From contig CAWFNJ010000002.1 of the NCBI GenBank assembly GCA_963817195.1, positions 1,511-65,510 on the forward strand: a stretch of 64,000 nt of DNA, read 5' to 3'. A model generated the notes under the pieces. It ran no database searches, was not told the origin of the DNA, and was given only the letters and a program-made list of their open reading frames with translations. The DNA comes from an uncultured Gammaproteobacteria bacterium. GTDB taxonomy: Bacteria; Pseudomonadota; Gammaproteobacteria; Steroidobacterales; Steroidobacteraceae. Every line of letters starts with the position of its first letter. Within the stretch, counting starts at the first letter, position 1. Of this stretch, positions 31,488 to 41,254 are shown in pieces. A program made the translations under genes and the position numbers.

Positions 31488-32499
31488 ATGCCGCCGGCAG
31501 ACGTGTCGACGCCCGATTCCGCAACGCGCCTCGCGCGCCTCTCGATCGGCATCCTGCGCAACCCGGGAAGCGGCGCGAACCTCCGCGCGCGCGAAAGCGA
31601 TGGAGCGACGCGCTCGCCGCGCATCGCGAACCTTCCCTGCCTCGAGGTGCACGATCCCGCTGAGCGTCGAGGCCGCGTTGCGCGACCTCGCGGGTCGCGG
31701 CGTCGACACGATCGCCGTCAGTGGCGGCGACGGCACCGTCAGCGCCGTCCTCAATACGATCTTCGCGCGCAACCCGTTCCCGCGGCTGCCGCTTCTCGCG
31801 GTGCTGCGCGGCGGCACGGCCAACATGACCGCGCGCGACGTCGGCCTCTCCGGTCGCCAGCATCGCGCGCTCTCGTCGCTGATCGAGGCGGCCTCGCGCG
31901 GCGGCGAAGGGCTGACGGTCACCAAACGCCCGGTCATTCGCATCGATCCCGGCGGCGGACGCGACACGATTCACGGGATGTATTTCGCGGCTGCGGCGAT
32001 CTCCCAGGGCATCGACTACTGCAAGCGCAACGTGCACAAGATGGGCCTGCGCGGCGAAATCGGTCCCGCCGTCACGATGGCGCGCTTCGTCGTCGCGATG
32101 GCGCGAGGCGAGCGCGAGATCGTCGCCCCCGTGCCGATGACCGTCGCCGTCGACGATGCGCCCGCCGCGACCTTCGATTGCGAGGTCGTCCACGTGACCA
32201 CGCTCGAGCAGCTGGTGCTGGGACTGCGGCCGTACTGGGGCGCGGAAGCGGCGCCGTTGCACTACGCGAGCGTGCGCGCCCATCCGCGGCACTGGCTGCG
32301 CGCGCTGCCCGGCCTCCTGCGCGGGCGGCCCAATCGCTTCGTCACGGAAGCGAACGGATACGAAAGCCGCAATGCGCATCGCCTGTCGATCGGGCTCGAC
32401 ACGCCGTTCTTCGTCGACGGCGAGCTCTTTTCCCCGACACCCGGCACGCCACTGTTACTCACCGATGGCGGGACGGCGGACTTCGTGACTCTGCGATGA
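31488..32499 (+). CDS. lipid kinase of the DAG-kinase catalytic-domain family (sphingosine/ceramide kinase-like), one frameshift
   Basis: ORF 31488.. has 'LSIGILRNPGSGANL'. The frame of ORF 30640..32499 has 'GVDTIAVSGGDGTVSAVLN' (GGDGT) and 'LAVLRGGTANMTARD'. It ends 'DGGTADFVTLR*'. It starts 13 nt after the preceding gene. Confidence 0.75.
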
Positions 32500-33427
32500 A
32501 TTCGCCGCTCGAAGAGGTGATCACGAGCGAGGTCGCCGCGCGCGCGCCGGACCCGGTGGTCGCGCTCGGCGAGAGCCTGCGCCAGCGCTTCGGGGCACAT
32601 GCGCTGGCAGTGCTGTTCTATGGCTCCATCCGCCGCTCGCGCAACGACGAGGGCGGCATCGTCGATCTCTATGTGCTGGTCGACCGCTACCGCGACGCTT
32701 ACTCGAGCGTCCTCCCCGCCTTCGCGAACCAGCTGCTGGCTCCCAACGTCTACTATCTCGAGGCGCCGTTCGCGGGACGCACCGTGCGCGCGAAGTACGC
32801 GGTCTTGTCTCTCGATCATTTCGAGCGCGGCATCGCGCACTGGTTTCATCCGTATCTTTGGGCGCGCTTCGCGCAGCCGTGTGGGCTGTTGTACGCCGCG
32901 GACGAGACCGTGCGTGCGCGCGTGGTCGGCGCGCTCGGGAGAGCGCTCACCCGCTTCGCGGCGAGAGTGCTGCCGCGCCTGCCCGACGAATTCGACGCCG
33001 AAGTGCTGTGGACACGCGGCCTGCTTCTCACCTACGCCGCCGAGTTGCGCTCGGAGCGTCCCGCCAGGATCGTCGCGCTCTACAACGAGTCGGCGAGCGG
33101 AGTTGCGCGCGCGAACCGAGGCGCTCGCGCGCAGCGAGGGCTGGAAGCTCGCAGCCGCAGGCCGCTATCGCAATCCGAGCACGTCGTCCGATCGCGTCGG
33201 CTCCGCCTGCAGTTGGGCCGCCTGCATCGTGCAGGGAAAGCTCTTGAGCGTGCTGCGGCTCCTGAAGGCCTCGTTCACGTTCGACGGCGGATTGCCGTAC
33301 ATCGTCTGGAAAATCGAGCGCCACTCCGGGGTGAAAGTGGCGATCACGCCGTTCATGCGCCGCTCACCCGCGCCTGGGCGCGATCGGCGCCCTCTGGCGA
33401 ACGTGGCGCCTCGGCGGGTTTCGCTAG
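32496..33427 (+). CDS. nucleotidyltransferase-fold protein, Tam41/Mmp37-like (candidate CTP:lipid-phosphate cytidylyltransferase), frameshifted
   Basis: Its ATG overlaps the kinase stop (ATGA at 32496-32499). It has 'AVLFYGSIRRSRNDEGGIVDLYVLVD' and 'NVYYLEAPFAGRTVRAKYAVLSLDHFERGIAHWFHPYLWARFAQP'. From memory these resemble Tam41 blocks. The tail and stop (33425-33427) were reconstructed manually. Confidence 0.4.
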
Positions 33428-33480
33428 CGCGGCGCCACCATCCTCGTGCCAGGCTTTCGCGGGGCGTTCGGAGGCCTCGC

Positions 33481-35593
33481 CTACTTCGCGCCGGGACCGA
33501 TATTGCGAGCCAGGAATTTCTCGACCCGGGTCCAGAAATCGATCCGCGTTTCCAGCTTGCGCCAGCCGTGGCCCTCATCCGGGTATTCGACCCATTCGAC
33601 ATCCGGATTGGTTCGCGTCACCGCATCCCTGAAGGCCTTGCCGTGCTCGATCGGAACGCGCCGGTCGATGCCGCCGTAGGCGAGCAGCAGCGGCCGGCGC
33701 ACCTTCGCCGCCTGCTCCACCGGCGACGTGTCCGCAAGTTGCCGGGCATCGGCGAACCGATCGCCGATCAATTGCGGCATCTCGTAGCCTCGCGCCTCGT
33801 CGGAGATGTCGCTCCAGGCGATGTCGTACATGAGACCGATGTCGGTTACGCCGACCCAGTCGATTCCGCAGCGGTAGAGATCGTGGTGCCGGACGAGCCC
33901 CATCAGCGCGGCGTAGCCGCCGTAGCTCCCGCCTGCGATGCACACGCGCCCGGCATCGACCCAGCCTGAACCGATCGCCCAAAGCAGCCGCATCCGCGAT
34001 GTCCTCCTGCATCGCCCGCCCCCATTGCTTCCACCCGGCCCGAAAGTGCGGGAAGCCGAATCCCTGGCTGCCGCGGAACTCGGGTTCGATCACGACGTAA
34101 CCGCGCGAGGCGAGAAACTGTGCGTCCGCTTCCCACTGCCAATGCGTTCCTCGCACCCACGGCCCGCCATGCACTATCACGACCGCCGGCCGGGGCGCGC
34201 TCGCCTTGCCGGGCGGATGCGTCACGAGCACAGGGATCGACATGCCATCGCGCGCCGTGAACCGGCGATATTCACGCTTGCCCATGTCGTGCGGCTTGAT
34301 CCACGGCCTCGACGCTGCGATCGAGATCAGCAGGCTCGTGTCGCGATCGTAGACGTAGTAGTGGGGCGGCTGCCGGTCCGACGAAGCGGTGACGAGCACC
34401 TGGGGCACGCCGATGCAGCGCCGACATTCGATGCGATTGACGGTTTGCGGCAGCGCGGCGTCCACTGCCTCCTGGGTTGCTCGCATCACGGGGTCGAGCC
34501 ACATCGTGCGCAGCACGTCGGTCTCGTAGTGCACGCCGACCAGACGCCGCACGTCGTGGTCGTACACCACCGAGCCGCGGAAGTCGTAACCGTCGAGGGC
34601 GAGCATCGGTTCCGGCGAGAGCTTTCGCGTCCTGCCATCGACGACATGGAGTGCCGCCGTGCCGTCCCCACGCTGCGCGAGCGCCAGCAACTGGCCGTCG
34701 AACCCCATCCAGTACGGATCGGCGTACCGGTCCCCGAAGTAGTCCGCGTCCTGCCACTTGTCCCATCCGGCACCGGAAGCCGACTTTGCATAGACGCCCA
34801 ACCGACCTCGATCCCGTGTGGTCACGATCACCGGGCGGCCCTCGGGATCCACGACCCAGCGGGTCACTCGCTTCGGCACGCCTTCGCTCAGGTTCTTCGT
34901 CGCGCCGGTTACCGTGTCGAGGCGCGCAAGCCGGGTATCGACGACATCGCCGTTGTTGGCGATCGTCTGACCCTGCACCAGCACGTCGTTCGAGCCGTCC
35001 CCGGGCACGCTGTGCAACCTCCACATCCAGGGCAGCGGCGCGTAGCGGCTGAGCGGAGCGCGCACATTGGCGAAGCTCACGAGGGGATCCACGAGGCGGC
35101 GGAATTGGGTTCCGTCGCGATTGATGGCCCACAGGCCCGGCGCGAGCGATCTGCCGAGGATGGTTTGCCGCTCGGGCGCATCGAACACGAGACGCTCGTC
35201 GTTCACCCATTGGTAATTCGACACGTTGGCATCGTCGACTCCCGCGACGACCCTGGGCGGGTCGAGCTCTTCGACGTCGAAGACCGCGAGTTGGGCGTAT
35301 CCCGCCGGGGTGGCCACCGATACCGCCAGGTGACGACCGCTGGGCGAAAGCACGGGCTTTGCCATCACCGGCGGCCGGAAGAAGGCCTCGAGCGGAACGA
35401 AAGCGGGCGTCGCGTCGCCGGCCGGCTCCGCTCGCGACGGGCCGGCGGCGAAGGCCAGGACCCAGCACGCGAGAACAGCGATCGGGCGCAACGTCCGCGT
35501 CCGGCGGCGCGGAAGCCATGGAGAGGACGGTTGTGGCATAGGTCGAAGGACTCTGCCCCACTTCCGTGTGGACCTCAAGGGGCGGCGCAACAC
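33481..35593 (-). CDS. S9-family serine peptidase (prolyl oligopeptidase/dipeptidyl aminopeptidase type), secreted; frameshifted near the C-terminal domain
   Basis: ORF 33575..35593 holds a signal peptide '[18 protein letters not shown]' and a beta-propeller region. ORF 33481..33993 has '[12 protein letters not shown]' (GxSxGG), '[12 protein letters not shown]' and 'EYPDEGHGW'. The start may be the Met at 35539. Confidence 0.75.
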
Positions 35594-35607
35594 GCTAGAA
35601 TTGCTCC

Positions 35608-36045
35608 ATGAACGCCACGATCACCAAGTTCGGATACCCCGGATCGCTGCTGCGCGAATACCGGAGCTGGGTCGTCCTGCTGCGCCCGGCGCAGGTGACG
35701 CTCGGCAGCCTCGTTCTTGCTTGCAAGGAAGACGCGACTGCGCTGGGCGCGGTCTCGGCGGAGGCGTACTCGGAGCTCGCCGTCGCCATCGCGGATCTCG
35801 AACGCGCGCTCTCCACGACGTTCGACCACCAGAAGATCAACTACCTCGCGCTGATGATGGTCGATCCGCACGTCCACTTCCACGTGATCCCGCGCTACTC
35901 GGGCAGCCGCGAGTTCGAGGGCTCGACGTTCGGCGATGCCACGTGGCCGAAGCCGCCGGACGTCACGAGCGCGCTCGCGCTCTCGCCGGCGCAGATGAGC
36001 GCGCTGCACGCGAAGCTTCGCGCCGCGTGGCCGCAGCGTGCGGCC
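35608..36045 (+). CDS. HIT-family protein; natural stop not identifiable (ORF runs on to 36351)
   Basis: ORF 35608..36351 has '[21 protein letters not shown]' (histidine-triad motif) within a ~140-aa HIT-like domain. The remainder of the ORF is Arg/Ala-rich and lies antisense to the convergent dehydrogenase. Confidence 0.7.
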
Positions 36046-36079
36046 TTCGGCGTTGGCGATCGCTCGACGCCTGCCGGGC

Positions 36080-37032
36080 CTACGCCAAGCTCGGGAATCA
36101 GCGTCGGCAGCGGCTTCTTCGGCGAACCACGCGTCGAGGTTCGCCTTGCACAGGTCGCCCATCGCCTTGCGCGTCTCGTGCGTCGCGCTGCCGACGTGCG
36201 GCAGCAGCACGACGTTGTCCATCGCCAGCAGCGCCGCGGAATGTGCGGCTCGTCGGCGAACACGTCGAGACCCGCGCGCCTTGATCGTGCCCGCCTGCGA
36301 GCGCCGCGACGAGCGCCGGCTCGTCGACGATCGAGCCGCGCGCGATGTTGACGATCGTGCCCTTCTTGCCGAGCGCCGCGAGCACGTCGGCGTTGACGAT
36401 GTTCTTCGTCGCCGCGCCGCCCGGACACGCGACGACCAGGAAGTCCGACTCCGCCGCGAGCGCCTTCAGGTCCGGCACGAATCGATAGGCGACGTCCTGC
36501 GGCTTGCGGCCGGTGTAGGCGACCTTCATGCCCATCGCCGCGACGCGCTGCGCGATCGCCTTGCCGATGCGGCCGAGCCCGAGGATGCCGACGCGTCTTG
36601 CCGCCGAGCTTGGTCGTGAGCTCGGGGCCGCGCTTCTCCCATTCGCCCGCGTGCACGAAGCGATTGAGCGCGCACGAAGCCGCGCCCGGTCATCAGGACC
36701 AGCGCCGACGGCGACGTCGGCGACGTCGTCGGTCAGCACGTCGGGCGTGTTGGTCACCTTGATGCCGCGCTTGCGGCAGTAGTCGACCGGCACGCCGTCG
36801 TAGCCGACGCCGAACACCGAGATGATCTCGAGCTTCGGCAGCGCGTCGAGCAGCGTCGTCGGCGTGACCGTGCCGCCGCCCTGCACCAGGCCGCGGATGC
36901 GCGCGCCCTCGCGCGGCGAGCAGCGCCGGCTTGTCGGCCGCCTGCGACGTAGTCGTGGCAGCGGTAGTCGGCCTTCAGCGGCTCGTAGAGGAACGGCGGC
37001 AGCGGCGCGGTGACGATGATGTCGGGCTGGGC
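36080..37032 (-). CDS. D-isomer-specific 2-hydroxyacid dehydrogenase (glyoxylate/hydroxypyruvate reductase-like), frameshifted
   Basis: Manual start at 37032 gives 'MPSP(D)[19 protein letters not shown]'. ORF 36098..37075 has '[29 protein letters not shown]' and '[12 protein letters not shown]'. ORF 35575..36222 has '[19 protein letters not shown]'. The 3' end is approximate. Confidence 0.7.
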
Positions 37033-37038
37033 ATGGGT

Positions 37039-37861
37039 TCAGTCTTCGGTGTCGTGGAGTCGGGCGGCGAACCATTCTAGCAACCCGGCGATGAGGCCGG
37101 CGTCGCCGCCGGCGGTCGCGACCGCGCGCGAAGCCCGAGCGCGCGCGCGTGCTCGGCGATGCGCGGATGCGGCACGAACGTCGGGCATCGCGCGCAAGCA
37201 GCGCGCGCGCCGTCGGCGTCGAGCAGCGCGCACAGGTTGTCGAGGCCTTCGCTCGACGTGAGCGTCACCGCGTGCGACGCGGCCCTCGCGCAACGCCTCG
37301 GCGAGGCCGTCGGCGCCGCGCTGCGGCGCGCGCGCGCCGATAGCAGGCGACGTAGTCGACGCGCGCGCCGCGCGCGCGCAGCGTGTCGCCGAGCAGCTCG
37401 CGCCCGCCCTCGCCGCGAAAGATCGACGACGCGCTTGCCGCGCACGTCGCGCGAGCTCCGGCAGCGCGAGCAGGCCTTCGCTGTCGAACGTTGTCGTCGG
37501 GAATGCGCGACATCGGGGATGCCGACCGCGGCGAGCGCTTCCGCGGTGCCCGGCCCGGGCGCAAAGGCGACGAGCCGCGCGGGCCAGCTGCCGCGGATCG
37601 GGCACGCCGTATTCGACGGCGTTGGCGGAGACGAAGATCGCGAAGTCGTAGTCGGCGAGCGCCGCGTGCGCGCGCGCGAGCGGCGCGGGATCCGAGCGGC
37701 GGCAGGATGACGATCGCGGGAAAGATGATCGGCGTCGCGCCGAGCGCCGCGATCTTCTGCGCGAAGCCCGCCGCCTGCCGCGCCGGTCGCGTGACGAGGA
37801 TGCCGACGCCCGGCGAGCGGCCCGCCGGTCGCGCGGGCGGCGTCGAGCGGATGGACGCCAT
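37039..37861 (-). CDS. hemD: uroporphyrinogen-III synthase, frameshifted
   Basis: ORF 37265..37861 has '[36 protein letters not shown]'. ORF 37077..37445 has '[12 protein letters not shown]'. ORF 37039..38292 ends '[13 protein letters not shown]'. It lies immediately downstream of hemC. Its stop is 6 nt before the next gene's start. Confidence 0.65.
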
Positions 37862-37876
37862 CGCTGCGAGCGTGCC

Positions 37877-38859
37877 TCAGTCGGTCGACGAGGCGCGCCG
37901 CGCCGCGCGCCAGGAACTCGTCGGCGAGCGCGCGCCCGAGCGCGTCCGCCGCCTCGGCGTCGTCGCACGGCGCCGCGTCGCTCGCCGCGCATCACCTCGC
38001 TGCCGTCGCGGCTCGCGAGCAGCCCGCGCAGCCACAGCTCGCCCTGCCGCGCCACTCGGCGTACGCGGCGAGCGGCGTGTGGCAGCTGCCCGCACAGCGC
38101 GCGCGAGAACGCGCGCTCGGCGGTCGTCGCGAGCGTCGTCGCCGCGATCGGCGAGCGGCGCGAGCGCCGCGACGACGTCGGGGCGGTCGGCGCGGCATTC
38201 GATCGCGAGCGCGCCCTGGCCCGGCGCCGGGCAGGCTGTCGTCGGGATCGAGCAGCGACGCGATGCGCGTCGCCGAAGCCCAGCCGCTTCAACCCGGCGG
38301 CGGCGAGGATGATCGCGTCGTACTGGCCCTCGTCGAGCTTGCGCAGCCGCGTGTTGACGTTGCCGCGCAGCGGCTGCGATCGCGAGCATGCGGATAGCGC
38401 TCGCGCAGCTGCGCCTCGCGCCGCAGGCTCGACGTGCCGACGACGCGCGCCGCCGGGCAGCCCGGCGAGCGTCGCGATAGCGGTTGGACACGAACGCGTC
38501 GCGCGGATCCTCGCGCGCGGCGATCGCCGCGAGCACGAAGCCGTCGGGCATGTCCATCGGCACGTCCTTCAGCGAATGCACGGCGAGGTCGGCGCGGCCT
38601 TCGCGCCATCGCGACCTCGAGCTCCTTGATGAAGAGTCCCTTGCCGCCGATCGTCGGCGAGCGGCCGGTCGAGCACGCGATCGCCCTGCGTCGTCAGCCG
38701 AGCAGGTCGACGTCGCACGCCGGATAGAGCGCCGCGAGCCGCGCGCGGACGTGCTCGGCCTGCCACAGCGCGAGCGCGGATTCGCGCGTGGCGATCGTGA
38801 GCCGGCGCGGCGCCGGCGCATGCGTCGGGAGCATCGGTCACGTCGCCGATGTCGCTCAT
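37877..38859 (-). CDS. hemC: porphobilinogen deaminase (hydroxymethylbilane synthase), frameshifted
   Basis: Manual N-terminus is '[18 protein letters not shown]'. ORF 38569..38859 has '[13 protein letters not shown]'. ORF 37877..38821 has '[41 protein letters not shown]'. Confidence 0.85.
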
Positions 38860-38945
38860 GTGGCTCCCGGATCGGCGTGCCGGTCGCTCGCGGCCGGTAT
38901 CGCTATCATAGCGCCGCCGATCGCCCTCACCGATGGTTACTCGTC

Positions 38946-39865
38946 ATGCGCATCGTCATCACCGGCGGCGCCGGATTCCTCGGGCGCCGCCTCGCCCGCG
39001 CGCTTCTCGCGCGCGGCACGCTCACCGACGCGCGCGGCGTCGGCGCGACCGATCGCGACGATCGTCCTGCTCGATGTCGTCGCCGCCGCCCGGACCTGCG
39101 CCGATCCGCGCGTCCGCGTCGTCGCCGGCGATCTCGCCGATCCGGCGCTCGTCGAGCGCGCGCTCACGCCGGACACCGACACCGTGTTCCATCTCGCCGC
39201 GGTCGTCAGCGGCCAGGCCGAGGCCGACTTCGACATCGGCATGCGCGTCAATCTCGACGCGACGCGCGCGCTGCTCGAGCGCTGCCGCACGCTCGCGGCG
39301 CCGCCGAAGTTCGTGTTCACGAGCTCGCTCGCCGTGTTCGGCGGCCCGTTGCCCGACCCGGTGCCGGACAACGCGCCGCTGACGCCGCAGTCGTCGTACG
39401 GCACGCAGAAGGCGATCGGCGAGATTCCTGGTCTACGACATGACGCGCAAGGGCTTCATCGACGGCCGCAGCCTGCGCCTGCCGACGGTCACGCGTGCGG
39501 CCGGGCAAGCCCAACAAGGCCGCGTCGTCGTTCGCGAGCGGCATCATCCGCGAGCCGCTGTCCGGCGTCGAGGCGATCTGCCCGGTGGCGCGCGACGACG
39601 CGGATGTGGGTGCCGTCGCCGCGCGCCGTCATCGCCAACCTGATCATCGGTCACGAAGCGCCGGCGTCGGCGTTCGCGCACACGCGCTCGATCAACGTGC
39701 CCGGCATCTCGTTCCGGTCGAGCGAGATGGTCGCGGCGCTGCGCCGCGTGGCCGGCGACGCCGTCGCCGATCGCGTGAAATGGCAATTCGATCCGGCGAT
39801 CGACCGGATCGTCTCGACGTGGCCGGCGAACTTCGCGCCGCAGCTCGGGCCCGCGCTCGGCATGA
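38946..39865 (+). CDS. NAD-dependent epimerase/dehydratase-family dehydrogenase (DenD-like), frameshifted and 3'-truncated at the junction
   Basis: ORF 38484.. has 'MRIVITGGAGFLGRRLARALL'. ORF 38788..39951 has 'VFHLAAVVSGQAEADFDIGMRVNLDAT..KFVFTSSLAVFG..TPQSSYGTQKAIGE'. ORF 39495.. has 'RPGKPNKAASSFASGIIREPLSG'. Recognisable sequence stops at '..ANFAPQLGPALGM'. Confidence 0.65.
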
Positions 39866-39870
39866 CAAGA
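39862..39870. other. abrupt junction between two unrelated coding sequences (assembly/concatenation breakpoint)
   Basis: The epimerase reading frame ('..LGPALGM') and an internal parC codon series ('KKLPLLGDLRDESTE', from 39867) abut. There is no stop, spacer, RBS or start codon between them. Confidence 0.75.
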
Positions 39871-41237
39871 AGCTGCCGCTCCTGGGCGACCTGCGTGACG
39901 AGTCGACCGAGGCCGTGCGGCTGGTGCTGGTGCCGCGCAGCCGGGCCGTGACGCCCGAGCTGCTGATGGAGCAGCTGTTCCGCCTGACCGAGCTGGAGGT
40001 GCGCCTCTCGCTCAACATGAACGTGCTCGACGCCACAGGCGTGCCGCGCGTGATGAGCCTGGCCGAGGTGCTCGAGGCCTATCTGGCGCACCGGATGGAG
40101 GTGCTGGTCCGCCGCTCGCGCCATCGCCTCGCCAAAGTCGAGGACCGGCTCGAGGTCCTGGAAGGCTACCTCAAGGCGTTCCTCGACCTCGACGAGGTGA
40201 TCCGGATCATCCGCGAAGAGGACGAGCCCAAGCCGGCGCTGATGGCGCGCTTCGAGCTGACGGACCGGCAAGCCGAGGCCATCCTCAATTTGCGCCTGCG
40301 CAATCTGCGCAAGTTGGAGGAGATGGAGCTCGCGGCCGAGCAGGCGCGGCTGAGCGACGAGCGGCGCTCGCTCCTGGAGTTGCTGGCGGACGAAGGCGAT
40401 AGCCTGCGCCGGGCACGGCTGAAGGAGCAGTTCCTGGCGGCCAAGAAGCAGTTCGGCGGCGGGCCCTTGGGAAGGCGGCGCACCAGCCTCGCCGACGCGC
40501 CGGTGATCGCGCCCGAGCTCCTGGAGGAGCCGGTCGAGCGATTCCCGGTCACGATTGTCTGCTCGAAGCTTGGCTGGATCCGCTCAGTACGGGGCGCTGT
40601 CGAGAATCCGGGCGAGCTGAAGTACAAGGAGGGCGACGGCGAGCGCTTCATTCTGCCGGCGCAGAGCAGCGACCGTCTGCTGGTCCTGGCCGCCGACGGG
40701 CGCGTCTACACCTTGGGCGTCGACAAGCTTTCCAGCGGTCGCGGGCACGGTGAGCCGATCTCGCTGGCGATCGACCTGGAGAAGGGCGTCGAGATCGTGG
40801 ACCTGCGGGTCCACCGCGCCGACGGCCGGTTGGTGTTCGCGACACGCAAGGGCTTCGGCTTCGTGGCCGAGGAGCAGGAGATCACGGCCCAGACCCGCGC
40901 GGGCAAGCAGGTCGTCAACCTGACCCCGGGCGACACCTTGCTGGCGGCCGTGCCGGTCGAGGGAGACCACCTCGCCGTGACCGGCACCAACCGCAAGCTC
41001 CTGATCTTCCCCGTGGCCGACCTGCCTGTCCAGGCGCGCGGCAAGGGCGTCACGCTCATGCGGCTCAAGGATGCCGAGCTCGCCGACCTGCGCACGCTCG
41101 ATCTCGCAACCGGCCTCGCCTGGCCCGTCAATGGGCGCGAGCGCCGCGTGCCCGACCTCACTGGCTGGCGCGGACCCCGTGCTGGTTCCGGCCGGATGGT
41201 GCCCAACGGCTTTCCCAAGAACAACCGCTTCGGCTGA
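39867..41237 (+). CDS. parC: DNA topoisomerase IV subunit A, C-terminal ~457 aa only (5'-truncated fragment)
   Basis: ORF 39495..41237 from 'KKLPLLGDLRDESTEAVRLVLVPRS' onward has 'LNMNVLDATGVPRVMSLAEVL', 'EVLEGYLKAFLDLDEVIRIIREEDEPKPALMARFELTDRQAEAILNLRLRNLRKLEEME' and a beta-pinwheel tail. This is collinear with E. coli ParC from about residue 290. Confidence 0.85.
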   Translation, partial: KKLPLLGDLRDESTEAVRLVLVPRSRAVTPELLMEQLFRLTELEVRLSLNMNVLDATGVPRVMSLAEVLEAYLAHRMEVLVRRSRHRLAKVEDRLEVLEGYLKAFLDLDEVIRIIREEDEPKPALMARFELTDRQAEAILNLRLRNLRKLEEMELAAEQARLSDERRSLLELLADEGDSLRRARLKEQFLAAKKQFGGGPLGRRRTSLADAPVIAPELLEEPVERFPVTIVCSKLGWIRSVRGAVENPGELKYKEGDGERFILPAQSSDRLLVLAADGRVYTLGVDKLSSGRGHGEPISLAIDLEKGVEIVDLRVHRADGRLVFATRKGFGFVAEEQEITAQTRAGKQVVNLTPGDTLLAAVPVEGDHLAVTGTNRKLLIFPVADLPVQARGKGVTLMRLKDAELADLRTLDLATGLAWPVNGRERRVPDLTGWRGPRAGSGRMVPNGFPKNNRFG

Positions 41238-41254
41238 CCAATCGGCAGGTCAGT
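41235..41254. terminator. short hairpin between convergent parC and flippase genes (possible bidirectional terminator)
   Basis: 'ctgacc aatcggca ggtcag' forms a 6-bp stem with an 8-nt loop that spans both stop codons. There is no U-tract, so the call is weak. Confidence 0.2.

Noticed and set aside
30640-33632. Apparent giant fusion proteins. ORF 30640..32499 (619 aa) would be a transferase-kinase fusion. ORF 31488..33632 (714 aa) would be a fusion of the kinase with the following gene.
   Set aside because: Domain boundaries coincide with a normal stop plus a 13-nt spacer in another frame, and with an ATGA overlap. The long ORFs arise because frame changes merge out-of-frame segments. Three separate genes is the simpler reading.
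5390-37038. A 31.6-kb genomic island splitting a hemC-hemD-hemX-hemY operon. hemY/hemX lie at 2942-5389 and hemD/hemC at 37039-38859, all on the same strand.
   Set aside because: The edges show no integrase, tRNA, direct repeats or IS. The hemD stop is only 6 nt from the start of the next gene, so that arrangement is tightly operonic. The flanking genes (EamA, HIT, dehydrogenase) look like housekeeping genes. Comparative synteny is needed, and the sequence alone does not support an island call.
38901-38913. The 13-bp palindrome 'cgctatcatagcg' in the hemC/epimerase divergent region, as an operator.
   Set aside because: It is a single short palindrome with no second copy and no adjacent regulator gene. 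Chance occurrence cannot be excluded.
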